From Octopus sinensis (taxonomy: Eukaryota), in contig NC_043014.1 of the NCBI RefSeq assembly GCF_006345805.1, positions 9,672,001 through 9,736,000 on the forward strand: DNA of 64,000 nucleotides. Reading direction: 5' to 3'. Both the position numbers and the translations under genes were made by a program. Positions 23,829 to 36,780 of this stretch are shown in pieces (within the stretch, counting starts at the first letter, position 1; the number at the start of each line of letters is the position of its first letter). The notes under the pieces were generated by a model. That model had not been told where the DNA came from. It searched no databases and saw only the letters and a list, made by a program, of their open reading frames with translations.

Positions 23829-24901
23829 CAGGGGTTGGACGAAATAATGGAAACACCTAGCATCATAGCATCATAATTTTGAAGTATCTATAAAACCCTC
23901 AAACGCTTTTTTATTTTTGTTTCTTGATTTATTATTAGTGTTGCTTATGTTTTAATAAAATTGCTGTTTCTTTTCTGATATCATCAGGAAAAGGTAATTA
24001 AATTTCGTTAAAATTACAGATCTGTCGGGCTTTCATAGAGGTCAAATGGGTGGCGTTCGCATGTCAGGCGCTAGCGTAACAAAAACAAACGAAATGTTGA
24101 ATGTATCAAGAAGTACTGTCTCGAAAGTAATGAAAGCCTTTGAGAAAGTGGAAAAAACCTCCCCATTGAAACAAAACCCCGGAAGAAAACCAAAAATTTC
24201 AGATAGGGACAGTTGGATTCTTACGCGAATTCTTAAGGAGGATTATAAAAGTACAGCTCCCAAATTTACTACAGAGCTTCATTAGCAACTCAGGAACCCG
24301 GTTTACATAAAAAATCGTTCGCCGGGAGGTGCACAAAACCGGATTTCACGGAGGGGCTGTAATCAGAGAACCACTACTTTAAAAAAAAACCCCAAAAAAC
24401 AAGAAGCGCGTTTACAGTGGAGTAAAAACCGACAGAGGAGTGGAAGAATGCTATTTTCTTGGACGAGTCATCCTCTACCCTATTTCCAACCACTGGTTGA
24501 ATATACGTGTGGGGACAGCCAAAAGAAGCATTTGGCCCAGACTACCTTCTTCCGACTGTTAAACATACAGGAGGATCTGTGATGATCTGGGGGTGGGGGT
24601 TATATCTTGTAAATCTGCACGCCCGATGGTTTCCATTCATGGTAGAATTTATAGGCAAGACTAAGCATTTTATTAGAAAAACATGTAAGGAGTCGATATC
24701 CTCCACCATCATCAATACAAGAACCGCAGACTGTTTTAGCTGAGGAATGGAGAAAAATTCCTTTGGAAACAATTAAAACTTTGTACGAGTCCACAACTCG
24801 TAGAATTCAAGCTGTAATTACTGCCAAATGCGGCCCTACCCCATATTAAAATATATTGGTTTGAAAATGTAAGGTGTTTCCATTATTTTGTCCAACTTCT
24901 G
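23829..24901 (+). mobile_element. Internally deleted Tc1/mariner DNA transposon
   Basis: 30-bp TIRs (caggggttggacgaaataatggaaacacct vs 24872-24901, 27/30), TA flanks; transposase pieces VSRSTVSKV, GRKPK, FLDES, TVKHTGGSVMIWG, LYESTTRRIQAVITAKCGPTPY. Confidence 0.93.
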
Positions 24902-24984
24902 TATATATGCATGTATCTAAAAAAATTTTTTTGTGTACTCGTATGTGTGTATATATGTATATGTACTAACATACATACATATAT

Positions 24985-25192
24985 AAATATATAAAAGAAA
25001 GAAAGAGATCTCAATATTATGTTAATAGAGGAAATTTATCTGTAAATTAATATGTGACAATTCGGTGGCCAAGATAAAACTCTGAGTTTCGGATGCCGAG
25101 GTGGAAATCCACTCCAACATCTCTTCGGTTATCCGAAACTCTGAGTTTTATCTTGGCTACCGAATAATTGTCACATATTATTTTACAGATAT
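24985..25192 (-). mobile_element. PLE-like fold-back remnant (family P2) with degenerate hammerhead
   Basis: Homologous to 56065-56304; inverted arms ~25030-25093 and ~25135-25192; minus strand gataa-CCGAAGA...GAAAC-tcaga-GTT-ttatc. Confidence 0.6.
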
Positions 25193-25209
25193 ATATATAC
25201 ACACATTCA

Positions 25210-25248
<39 letters not shown>

Positions 25249-25251
<3 letters not shown>

Positions 25252-25621
25252 AAGCACTCCGTCGGTTACAACGACGAGGGTTCCGGTTGATCCGAATCAA
25301 CGGAACAGCCTGCTCATGAAATTAACGTGTAAGTGGCTGAGCACTCCACAGACATGTGTACCCTTAACGTAGTTCTCGGGGATATTCAGCGTGACACAGA
25401 GAGTGACAAGGCCGGCCCCTTGAAATACAGGTACAACAGAAACAGGAAGTAAGAGTGAGAGAAAGTTGTGGTGAAAGAGTACAGCAGGGATCACCACCAT
25501 CCCTGCCGGAGCCTCGTGGAGCTTTTAGGTGTTTTCGCTCAATAAACACTCACAACGCCCGGTCTGGGAATCGAAACCGCGATCCTATGACCGCTGCCCT
25601 AACCACTGAGCCATTGCGCCT

Positions 25622-25624
<3 letters not shown>
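25249..25624 (-). mobile_element. SINE A inside (TA)n
   Basis: Matches other A copies, with a small head deletion. Confidence 0.92.
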
Positions 25625-25666
<42 letters not shown>

Positions 25667-25697
25667 ATATATATGTATATATATGTATATATATAAT

Positions 25698-25731
<34 letters not shown>

Positions 25732-25785
25732 AATATATGTATATATATATATATAAATATATTATATATATATATAAATATATGT

Positions 25786-25834
<49 letters not shown>

Positions 25835-25998
25835 ATATATATATATATATAATATATATATATATTATATATATATATAATATGTATATATATATATATA
25901 TATATAAATATATATATAATTATATATATATATAAATATATGTATATATATTATATATATAAATATATATATTGTATATATATATATATATATATACA
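25625..25998. repeat. Long imperfect (TA)n
   Basis: Directly visible. Confidence 0.95.
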
Positions 25999-26696
25999 CA
26001 CACCCAAGAATAAGTTCATTGCGCCATCTTTTATTTCATTTTCGTTTCTTTTATTTGGTGAATTGAAAAATATTTACTTTGTGTCGTTAAACGAATTAAA
26101 ACTCTCGTGGAATCATCCAGTGGATAAACAAAGATTTTATAATTGACTTATCCTAAAAGTGGTTTGTAAACAATTTGTCACAACATAGAAGTGTGCATTG
26201 GAAAAAGAAAACACTGTTAACAGAAGGAAAGCAAACATCTGAAACGACATATTTAATGTTTATTCAAACTAATTGGCGTATAAGCTAACTAGGCCTAATA
26301 TTTGTGAATCTATTATGTAAGGCATCGCCGACCGCGTGCGTATGTGTATGCGTATATGTGTACAAATGTGTGTCTATTTTCGAGTAGAACAGAAATAAAT
26401 ATATAAACATACATACATGCATACAATAACACACGTGTGTATGTGTGTGTCTGTGTGTGTAGGCGTGTGTAGGTGTGTGTATAGAAATAATTTAATTTCA
26501 TTTCAGCATTTGCATGTAGCGACATTTCTATAATCGCACACATATGTAAGAGGCTAATTGTTCCTGAAAAGGCATAAAAAGAATACTTACATATGCATTC
26601 GTAGATAAGGAGAAACATGTGAATATTATAGAAATATGTAATAACTTAATACAGAATTAATATTTCTATATTCTTTACACTGATACGATTAATACA

Positions 26697-27085
26697 GTGG
26701 ATGCGCAATGGCCCAGTGGTTAGGGCAGCGGACTCGCGGTCGTAGGATCGCGGTTTCGATTGCCAGACCGGGCGTTGTGAGTGTTTATTGAGCGAAAACA
26801 CCTAAAGCTCCACGAGGCTCCGGCAGGGGATGGTGGTGATCCCTGCTGTACTCTTTCACCACAACTTTCTCTCACTCTTACTTCCTGTTTCTGTTGTACC
26901 TGCATTTCAAAGGGCCGGCCTTGTCACTCTCTGTGTCACGCTGAATATCCCCGAGAACTGCGTTAAGGGTACACGTGTCTGTGGAGTGCTCAGCCACTTA
27001 CACGTTAATTTCACGAGCAGGCTGTTCCGTTGATCGGATCAACCGGAACCCTCGTCGTCGTGACCGACGGAGTGCTTCCATTCCC
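26697..27085 (+). mobile_element. SINE A, full length
   Basis: TSD acgattaataca at 26685-26696 and 27086-27097. Confidence 0.93.
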
Positions 27086-27100
27086 ACGATTAATACAATA

Positions 27101-27181
27101 CTGTTACTCAGAGTTTCACGTTCCCGTTCGTCTGACAGTTTTATTAGAATTCTAACGGGAACGTGAAACTCTGAGTAACAG
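27101..27181. repeat. Small fold-back (28-bp arms) containing a hammerhead 3' half (GAAAC-tctga-GTA)
   Basis: ctgttactcagagtttcacgttcccgtt / aacgggaacgtgaaactctgagtaacag. Confidence 0.7.
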
Positions 27182-27288
27182 TTTTTGTGATATTTCTGTT
27201 GCTTTTCAATAAAGCATATTACTCTACCTGGTATTTGAGTACTCTTTTTTGGACTTTGTTTCACATTTACAAAATATTTTAAAATAAT

Positions 27289-27659
27289 TTTTACCTCCGC
27301 CTTAGCGAAGGCTGAAGTATTATTTTCAGTCGTGCTTGTTTGTTTGTTTGGTTGTTCGTTGAAGGATACCTCATGAACCGCTGGATGGATTCGAATATTT
27401 TCAGGAATGTACGGCCTCGTGACTAGTGCGAAGTGGTTAGATTTTGGTATCGATCTGGAACCGGACAAGGATTCAACATTTTCCTGTTTTTTTTTTACTT
27501 AATTTTTGAGAGCAGTCGGGTTCATTTTAGTATTCTCGTTTGTAATAGCTGTCGAGTTTATTTCAGATATTCTTATTTCATAAACCATCTCTGGCTAATC
27601 GTTGGGAAGACGTTGGTGTTGCCTTGGCGGAGGTTTGCGCTCACTGAGTGCTCTTGTTT
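27289..27659 (+). mobile_element. Helentron-associated non-autonomous element (HINE/DINE-1-like)
   Basis: Subterminal inverted repeats acctccgcc (27293-27301) / ggcggaggt (27626-27634), 3' hairpin gcgctc-act-gagtgc, internal (TTTG)n, T-rich flanks. Confidence 0.75.
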
Positions 27660-28083
27660 AATGTGTTCAGCATATTTAAAAGGCATAGAAATCTAAACAG
27701 AAAGTGAAACAAGAGAGGAGAAAGAGAAGGGGGAGAGAGAAAGAGAAGGAAAGAGAGAAAGAAAGTGAGAGAGAGTTTGGTTGTACAGAGATAATGTTTA
27801 ATGAATTCCGTTTCGCTTTTCTTCCAAAATCTTCGCTGGTGGTTTCTTCACCATTTAAACTCTTCTGATTATTCAGGGTAAATTATTGCAATCTAACATT
27901 TCATTTCTTTGTATTCCCAGGTCTCAACAATAATAACGTTTTGTGCATGCGGTTGTTTGTATGTGCCTTCGAATGTGCGTGTTTTGGAATGCATTAATTA
28001 CTGTGATTTACACACTTTCTTCAAGGCATTCAAGTGAGAATACACTTGATAAGTCTGCTCATCATTTTGTAAATCCACTATTA

Positions 28084-28467
28084 TGAAGCACTCCGTCGGT
28101 TACGACGACGAGGGTTCCGGTTGATCCGAATCAACGGAACAGCCTGCTCGTGAAATTAACGTGTAAGTGGCTGAGCACTCAACAGACACGTGTACCCTTA
28201 ACGCAGTTCTCGGGGATATTCAGCGTGACACAGAGAGTGACAAGGCCGGCCCCTTGAAATACAGGTACAACAGAAACAGGAAGTAAGAGTGAGAGAAAGT
28301 TGTGGTGAAAGAGTACAGCAGGGATCACCACCATCCCCTGCCGGAGCCTCGTGGAGCTTTAGGTGTTTTCGCTCAATAAACACTCACAACGCCCGGTCTG
28401 GGAATCGAAACCGCGATCCTATGACCGCGAGTCCGCTGCCCTAACCACTGGACCATTGCGGCTCCAC
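28084..28467 (-). mobile_element. SINE A, full length
   Basis: TSD ccactatta at 28075-28083 and 28472-28480. Confidence 0.92.
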
Positions 28468-28608
28468 AAACCCACTATTAATGACTGCGATGGCTGGATC
28501 TCTTCCTTTTGGAATTGTAATTTACATTCTTCTATTTATTATTCAACGCATAGCATTACATTCCACGCGTAACTGAGGTACTACAAACCAATCATTTTTT
28601 ATACACCC

Positions 28609-28855
28609 TTTTCAAACCTACCCAGGCTCGTGGGCCCGTTTTCCCGATTTCGCAGCGTTACTCAAGAAACAGGAGTAGTTAGAGAAAGTTGTGATGAAAG
28701 AGTACAACAGGGGTTGCCACCCCCCACTACCGGAGCCTCGTGGAGCTTTAGATGTTTTCGCTCAATAAACACACGCAACGCCCGGTCTGGGAATCGAAAC
28801 CACGATCCTCCGACCGCGAGTCCGCTACTCTAACCACTGGGCCATTGCGCCTCGA
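28609..28855 (-). mobile_element. Chimeric SINE: A-type head plus D-type tail
   Basis: Junction cgcagcgttactc|aagaaacagg, identical to the one at 47219-47456. Confidence 0.85.
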
Positions 28856-29424
28856 CTTACATACCAATCGTAATGGCTTCAAATTTTAAAACTATTTCAG
28901 TAATTCTAAGAGGAAGGGTTGTTGACTACGTCAAGCACAGTCCTTGAATAGTACTTAATTTCGGCACCGGGATGAGTAAAGAAAGTCTTGTATTCGGAAG
29001 GTAAAATTCCGAAATAAATGCCGCTAAACATTTTAACCGACTCACTGGAGATTATACGATCTCGCTACTGTATTATCAGTAAAATCAGAGACTGCATAAA
29101 TCCGCTTATGGCAGGTGAAGCAAATAAATCCATTCTTTATCTGTTATCTCACAGTCATTTTCTCTTTTCCTCTAATCCTCTGACTAAATTCTCTGATAGG
29201 AAGATACCCTGTGGTGCTTAAATATTCCTGGGTTTCTGGATACCATGAAAGGTCTTATTGAAGGCCCAACATTTTGAGTTCTTTTACAAGGCTTAGAAAA
29301 AAGGACAACGATGACTGTTGAATAAATCATAATTAACTGATCCCCTTGTATTTTCTTTTTTACAAAGCCAGTAAGTTATCGACACCAGTTTTTATGTGTG
29401 TGTGAAGGGGTACATATATATATG

Positions 29425-29487
<63 letters not shown>

Positions 29488-29554
29488 ATATTCATATATA
29501 TATATACATGTATATATGCATATATACATACATACATACATATATATATATACT

Positions 29555-29587
<33 letters not shown>

Positions 29588-29832
29588 ACAACAAGATATA
29601 TAATTACTAAGTTTCGTTTCTCCTTTTAGTAGGATCGAAAACTAAAATATGGCTGCAAATAGATGGGCTCAAATAAAAGAAAATCGAGACGAAAGATAAA
29701 CTCAATAGTTAAAAATAAACATCAAAATTGTGCAAACAACTTTATATCACCCCATATATTCACACCACGTCGAACATAAATAAATACATATCAAAATACC
29801 AGGCGTTCAACACACAAAACACGAAGGTAAAG

Positions 29833-29867
<35 letters not shown>

Positions 29868-31464
29868 ATATATATTATATATATATTGCATATAAAAACG
29901 TGTGAAGTGTAGAAGTACAGTTTACGTCAGAAGTTATTGTATGGTTGAATGTAATGAAGTCGGTAAAAGTGAAAGTGAAACTATAACTACATTTTAATAA
30001 CGTTGGAAAGAAGAAAAGGTACAACGAAGATATTAATGGTGAGATATATTTGGTTATTATCATCAAACACTACTTCAACTTTGATAAGAAAAAACTTTTA
30101 ATTAACTTTTATAATGAGAAATTGTGTCTAATTTTCTTTTGGTTTATGATGTCAGTGGTATTCTGTAATGTAAACAGTGAAACCGATAATAGGAATTTAT
30201 ATAACCCCGTAAAAGAAAAGTATATTCTATTCCATATGATTTAAAGAATCTCGAGTAAAGGCAGATTAAAGTCGATATATCAGAGTAGTTTCGATAAATA
30301 TTTTGATCAAATCGAAAATTCTTACATAATTTGTACGAAAACAACGATTAAATTCTTAAAAGGTGAGAAATGAAGGAAAAATTATATATTTCACAGACGA
30401 ACATAGACTAGCTTTCCCGGTGTGAATCGGAAGAGTTTATAATATGATGAACAGATATATACATATTGTACGATTTAGAAAAATTGATTATAAACATCGA
30501 GGAATATGCAATACTATTAAATTAATGGATGTGTATAAAATTTCATGCTTTAATATAATAACTAGTAACCAAGGGTCAATTCAGGAAATGACTGAGAAAC
30601 AATATTTTGAATTAATATCTAAATAGATGAAATACCTTGTGTTGAGTACCGTCTGTATATTAAAGTTTTTCTTCAATAAATCTCCCTAGCTTGCAGGAAA
30701 TGGAAATAGGTATGGGGAATATACATAACAAGCTCTTACAGGAAATGGATATTTATTAATTAATAAAAGAAATTACCAGTTAAGAAGAAACGCAATTTAT
30801 AATGTGTGGAGCTGGAATTTTATTAAAGTTTTCTTCTTTTTAAAAGCGGTTATTATGTAAAAGGGTTATTACAATAGAAATAAATATCAAGCAATTTAGA
30901 AATTTTACGAGAAAATTGGAAATTGGCATTAAAAAATGAGATTATATACAACATAGTCTCAATCGTAATGGATTTTTATAAATAAGTAGAGAGAAAATTA
31001 TCAGCTAACAAGAAACGCGATTTCTAATATATAGAACTGGAATTTTATTGATTAAAAAAGGTTTATACATAAATGAGTTATTACAATAAAAATATATATC
31101 AAAGGGAATCAAATTTTTTGTGAGAAAGCAAATAGATATGGAATAGATGAAAGACTTGATTTAAGGATTCTCGATCTACTAGTTTTAGTTTGGAAATCAA
31201 AAGGGAGTGATTATTATAAAGATCAGTTGAACATTTTAAGGAGAATAGAGTTATTAAAATGTATTTTCAAAAACCACAGTAGTTTAGGATATATCTCACA
31301 ATCTACTATACATGTGCCAGCAAGCATTTGATATAATGGCATCTGTAAAGTGTCGTGCATAGAATACGACGTTTCAAATAATTTATATTTAGGGTATTTT
31401 ATATACTTAATAAAAAGACCGCTTATACATATGCTCATACACATATGTATGTATGCAAGTATAC

Positions 31465-31509
<45 letters not shown>

Positions 31510-31511
<2 letters not shown>

Positions 31512-31690
31512 AATTGAGATAGGGGTTGTAATGCAACCCTCCATGGGATAAAAAAGGAAAAGAAATACACAGACTTACACAGTTAATATAATTTTTAATA
31601 TATCGACTGGTTTCGTTTTCGCTATTCATGATATTAAGGTTTACTTCTTTGAACATGTATTTTCTTAAGAAGAAATTTTTGTCCATTCTG
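31510..31690 (-). mobile_element. PLE-like terminal remnant with highly degenerate hammerhead (~31598-31636)
   Basis: Minus strand atatc...GAAAC-ca-GTC-gatat; shares gagataggggttg...caacc..ccatggga with 49715. Confidence 0.4.
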
Positions 31691-32772
31691 TGTGTGATGA
31701 TATTTACGTGTAAATGACTTCACAGGTAGAACAATAAGGGGAAGTAATTGGTTTTCGTTATTATTGTTATTGTTGTGGGCAAGGTAGTTAACTGTTCATC
31801 TTTCGGTAAGGGGAGGGGAATATATATACACACACAAAAAAAAGGTTTCGAAAAACTTGCTTAGTGAGGGAATTTATGTACAGTGATGTAATCGTGAATT
31901 GAAATATGTAAAATGATAAAAGTTGGTTATGCGTGAATATTAAGACGCATTCTGTATTTGTCAATGAAAAAAGTAGCTTTATTTAAATTGTCTTGTGCGG
32001 AAATTGTGTTTTTGCACTGGTAGAAAGGGAAGACTGTGAAATTTGGTATGATGTTAACTGGAAATTTTTCTATATATTCACTGAGAGGAACTTGCCTATA
32101 TTGCGGGAAACGCATTTTTAGAATGGTTCTCTGCCTCAAGGCCATACTCGTCTGTCCAATATAGTTGCGTCCGCAAACCGAGCAGGTTATTACACAAATT
32201 AGGTTCTCAGAGGGGTCACCCAGTCTAACACAATCACCGGTCTAATATCTATTCATTAACTTATTTATTTTTACTAAAACTTTCCTTGCGTCTTTCAAAC
32301 TTTTCAGTACTCGTTGACCGATGAGTTTGTTAAATTAATAAGGCACAAAACGAGAATTACTTTCCACAGACACAATAAAATATGCTTCAACACACCAATT
32401 CACATAAATAATCTTGCAAACCAAATACAAACATGAAATTAAATATCACATTTTCCCATGTAAAATCATCAGAGTCTAAGTTCGAATCGTTTGAGCGCTA
32501 GTATGAGTCTCCTATACTGAGCATCTCTATGTTTCCTTATTCATTATACAGGGTTGGCCAAAGGTCACCCGACAGTAATTCAAAATTCCATAAATACTAT
32601 CTGTAATTCTGAATTGACTGGAATGGGAAAATGTTTCTCTAAACAAGGACTTCAGTTTGAACAATTTCCATATTGTTTCATATTTAGATGCTTTTGTTAA
32701 ATTCATTCAGTTGTTAAACATAAATAAATCTTGGAAATAAATAGATTTTGATTTATTCTCAGGTGACGTTTA

Positions 32773-32832
<60 letters not shown>

Positions 32833-32849
32833 TTGTTCTTTTATTCGTT

Positions 32850-33153
32850 TACCGCCGGTGGTCGAACAAATCCTTCACCAGCACATTTTGTACGCCTAGT
32901 ACTCGTTCTACCGGTCTCTTGTCCCTAATAGGTAAGTAAACACACCAAAACCGTTGTCAGCGATGGTGAAGAGACAAGCACGCGCGCACTCAAATATATA
33001 TATATATATATATATAATATATATATATATGACGGGGTTCTTTCATTTACGTCCATCAAAATTTTCTCACAAGGCTTTGGTCAAACCGAGCTATATAGAA
33101 GACACCTGGCTAAGATGGCCGGCCGTGGATTGAACCCAGAAGCACGTGGTTGG

Positions 33154-33156
<3 letters not shown>
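32850..33156 (-). mobile_element. Diverged SINE B
   Basis: cacaaggctttggtc...tatagaagacac...gaacccag...ggttggaa matches the B head region. Confidence 0.6.
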
Positions 33157-33198
<42 letters not shown>

Positions 33199-33352
33199 AA
33201 TATATATAATATATATATATATATAAATATATATATATACATAATATATAATATATATATTATCTATATATATATATATATATTAATATATAATAAATAT
33301 ATAACTATATAATATAATATATTATATATAAATATATATATAATATATATAT

Positions 33353-33393
<41 letters not shown>

Positions 33394-33402
33394 TATATAT
33401 AT

Positions 33403-33436
<34 letters not shown>

Positions 33437-33459
33437 AATAATATATATTATAATATATA

Positions 33460-33492
<33 letters not shown>

Positions 33493-33589
33493 ATATATAT
33501 AATATATAATATATATATATATATATATAATTAAATATTATATATAAATATATATATATAATATATTTATATATAATATATATATAATA

Positions 33590-33630
<41 letters not shown>

Positions 33631-33700
33631 ATATATAATAATATATATATATATATTATATATATAAATATATATATAATATATTAATATATTAATATAT

Positions 33701-33795
<95 letters not shown>

Positions 33796-33810
33796 TATTA
33801 TATATAATAA
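33157..33810. repeat. ~650-bp imperfect (TA)n array
   Basis: Directly visible. Confidence 0.95.
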
Positions 33811-34006
33811 CAATACGGTAATAAGAAATTATTATTACCAGTGGTCTTTGCTGTAAATAGTTAGAAACCATGGTCTGGGAAATAATTGAGATGATAAACG
33901 TTTTTAATTTTCATTCCTCTCGAGATTTATCCTTAGTTGGTGTTTTGAGTTTTCTACTGCTCTTTCTAGCACAAGGCTTTCCTATTTGGAAGCCTCTTAT
34001 TGTATT

Positions 34007-34071
<65 letters not shown>

Positions 34072-34880
34072 GTATGTATGTATGTATGTGTATGTATGTA
34101 TGTATGTATGTATGTATGTATGTATGTATGTATGTATGTATGTGTGTATGAATGTATGTATATATACATACATACATACATCAGCTAATGCTTTACTATT
34201 GGTTAAATTCACGTGTGTTGTGCAGTGGAACAAATTAATCTAAAGAATTTGTATTCAGAAGCCGTAAGATATCAGTGTGAGAAAAAAAATAGGTGTACGT
34301 AGATATATTCATTGCTATATCAGCTGAAAATCGCCAAATGTAAGATATCAACACGGTAGAAAAACAGACATCGAACAGAATAGGTTTCCTATTTGTGTAT
34401 AACCGTGTATCATAAAAAGTAATCTACTTTAAAAAAACATTGAAAAATATACAGCAGTGAAACAAAGAACGAATCGCTAAGAAAATAATTCAACGATAAC
34501 AAAAAGAAATAATGTAATGATGTATGGATGGAAATTTTAGTGGTAACATTAAGGAAACCTTATAAAATTGACTTCAAGCTAAATGATAATATATGGTTGA
34601 AAGCTGAAATGAATATAATAATGAGATATAATATGACGCTAGTAACTGGAGAAACATATTGGTTTATTCTTGAGGGCAAAAGTTCGCCTCCTAAATTTCT
34701 CTCTGATAAAGTGGATGACTTCTATGGATTCAATATTTAACGTAGCTAACACAAACACACTAAACATACTCGGAGATAGACGCACACTACACACACACAC
34801 ATATATGTATATGTATGTATGTATATATATATGTGTATATATATATGTGTGTGTGCATATGTATATGTATATGTATGTAT

Positions 34881-34918
<38 letters not shown>

Positions 34919-35085
34919 TTGTATACTGTCAATCTAACAAGAACGTGACAGTAGGGGGTACACCACCGTTATAATAGCCCTAGAGGCATCGAACGCCTCC
35001 TGACAGCTTCGACACATTTTATCCTGTGTCCTTATATAACACATACGAAGGGGAGACAAACACCCCCAACTGCCGGAACTGCTAC

Positions 35086-35131
35086 TCTAGGCCGATGAAG
35101 GACAATGATCCTGAAACACGGTGTCCCTAGA
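35086..35131 (+). ncRNA. Type I hammerhead ribozyme motif (copy 1)
   Basis: tctagg-CCGATGA-agga-caatga-tcct-GAAA-c-acggt-GTC|cctaga; stems I, II and III all pair; U4C core variant; predicted cut after 35125. Confidence 0.75.
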
Positions 35132-35449
35132 TGCAGTTCCGGCAGTTGGGGGTGTTTGTCTCCCCTTCGTATGTGTATATAAGGACACAGGATAAAATGT
35201 GTCGAAGCTGTCAGGAGGCGTTCGATGCCTCCTAGGGCTATATAACGGTGGTGTACCCCCTACTGTCACGTTCTTGTTAGATTGACAGTATACAACCATT
35301 ATATCGCTCCACCACCGTACACCTCTCTACGAGAGATTTAGAAACTCAATATTTCTTATTTTGATAATCAGTGAATAGACTTCACTGACTCTCGATATAT
35401 ACAGATACGAAGTCGAGACAGACATCGCCAGCTGACCGGTGTCTGCTAC

Positions 35450-35495
35450 TCTAGGCCGATGAAGGACAATGATCTTGAAACACGGTGTCCCTAGA
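35450..35495 (+). ncRNA. Type I hammerhead ribozyme motif (copy 2)
   Basis: As copy 1, with a G-U wobble in stem II (agga/tctt); predicted cut after 35489. Confidence 0.72.
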
Positions 35496-35727
35496 TGCAG
35501 TTCCGGCAGTTGGGGGTGATTGTCTCCCCTTCGTATGTGTATATAAGGACACAGGATAAAATGTGTCGAAGCTGTCAGGAGGCGTTCGATGCCTCCTGGC
35601 TATATAACGGTGGTGTTACCCCCTACTGTCACGTTCTTGTTAGATTGACAGTATACAACCATTATATCGCTCCACCACCGTACACCTCTCTACGAGAGAT
35701 TTAGAAACTCAATTTCTTATATATATA

Positions 35728-35768
<41 letters not shown>

Positions 35769-35900
35769 AGGTAGTTGGCAATCCTAATTTTCACTAATAT
35801 GACTGCGATGTTAGAAACGCCTACATTGCTGGAAATAAGAGATAGGATTTTCGAATTCTGTTCTCAACGTATGTATCTGACCTTAACCGTCCGATACATA

Positions 35901-35940
<40 letters not shown>

Positions 35941-36379
35941 GTGTATATATATATATATACATATATAATAAACGTTACCAAACGTTTTCATTTTCATTCC
36001 TTCGTGAATTTATCCTTTTTTGTGGTCTTGAGATTTCTATTGCTCTTTCTAGCACAACGCTTTCCTATATTGGAAGTCTCTTATCGTTTATACTTTATAT
36101 ATATTATATATGTATATATATATATAATATATATATATATATAATTATATATATATATATATTGTGTGTGTGTGTATATATATGCATATATATGTATATC
36201 TATATATATATAGATATAAACATAGATACATATATATATACGTACACACACATATATATATATATAATATTAGGGTGATAAGAATTATAGAAATTTTTAT
36301 TAGCAGTGGGCTTAGCACAAAAAATATCTATATATTATTCATATAAAAATATCGTGTACAATAGAATACATTCAGAGGT

Positions 36380-36540
36380 TTTCCAAATAGGAAAGCCTTG
36401 TGCTAGAAAGATCAGTAGAAAACTCAAACCACTTATGGATAAATTCTCGTTTTTAATGTTCAATCCTTTCGGGAACTTATCCATATTAGTGGTTTGAGTT
36501 TTCTACTGCTCTTTCTAGCACAAGGCTTCCTATTTGTAAA
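36380..36540. repeat. Fold-back of a local ~110-bp repeat (other copies at 33895-34010 and 35980-36090)
   Basis: Arms 36380-36442 / 36477-36540 containing ctactgctctttctagcacaaggct(t)tcctattt. Confidence 0.75.
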
Positions 36541-36731
36541 CTTCTTAAGTGTGTTCAAATTACACGATATTTATATATATATATATTATATATATATAAC
36601 ACACACATATTATATAATATATATATTATTATAATTATATATATATGTATATATAATATATATATATCTATATTATATATATATATGTGTGTGTATATAT
36701 AATATATATGTGTGTGTGTGTATATAAATGT

Positions 36732-36780
<49 letters not shown>

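Larger units (their letters stand above)
34916..35719 (+). mobile_element. Non-coding PLE/retrozyme-like element: inverted arm plus 364-bp tandem unit with two hammerheads
   Basis: Inverted arms 34916-35082 / 35133-35298; direct repeat 35079-35357 and 35443-35719; flanked by (TA)n on both sides. Confidence 0.85.

Noticed and set aside
26697-26772. tRNA gene (also all other SINE heads)
   Set aside because: tRNA-like A/B boxes continue directly into SINE bodies with TSDs; no complete cloverleaf or terminator
32548-32770. Tc1-like TIR tacagggttggccaaaggtcacccgacag
   Set aside because: No convincing partner TIR or transposase sequence found
25625-36350. Numerous YIYIYI/VCVC/THTH ORFs in the ORF track
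   Set aside because: Translations of TA, TG and TATG microsatellites
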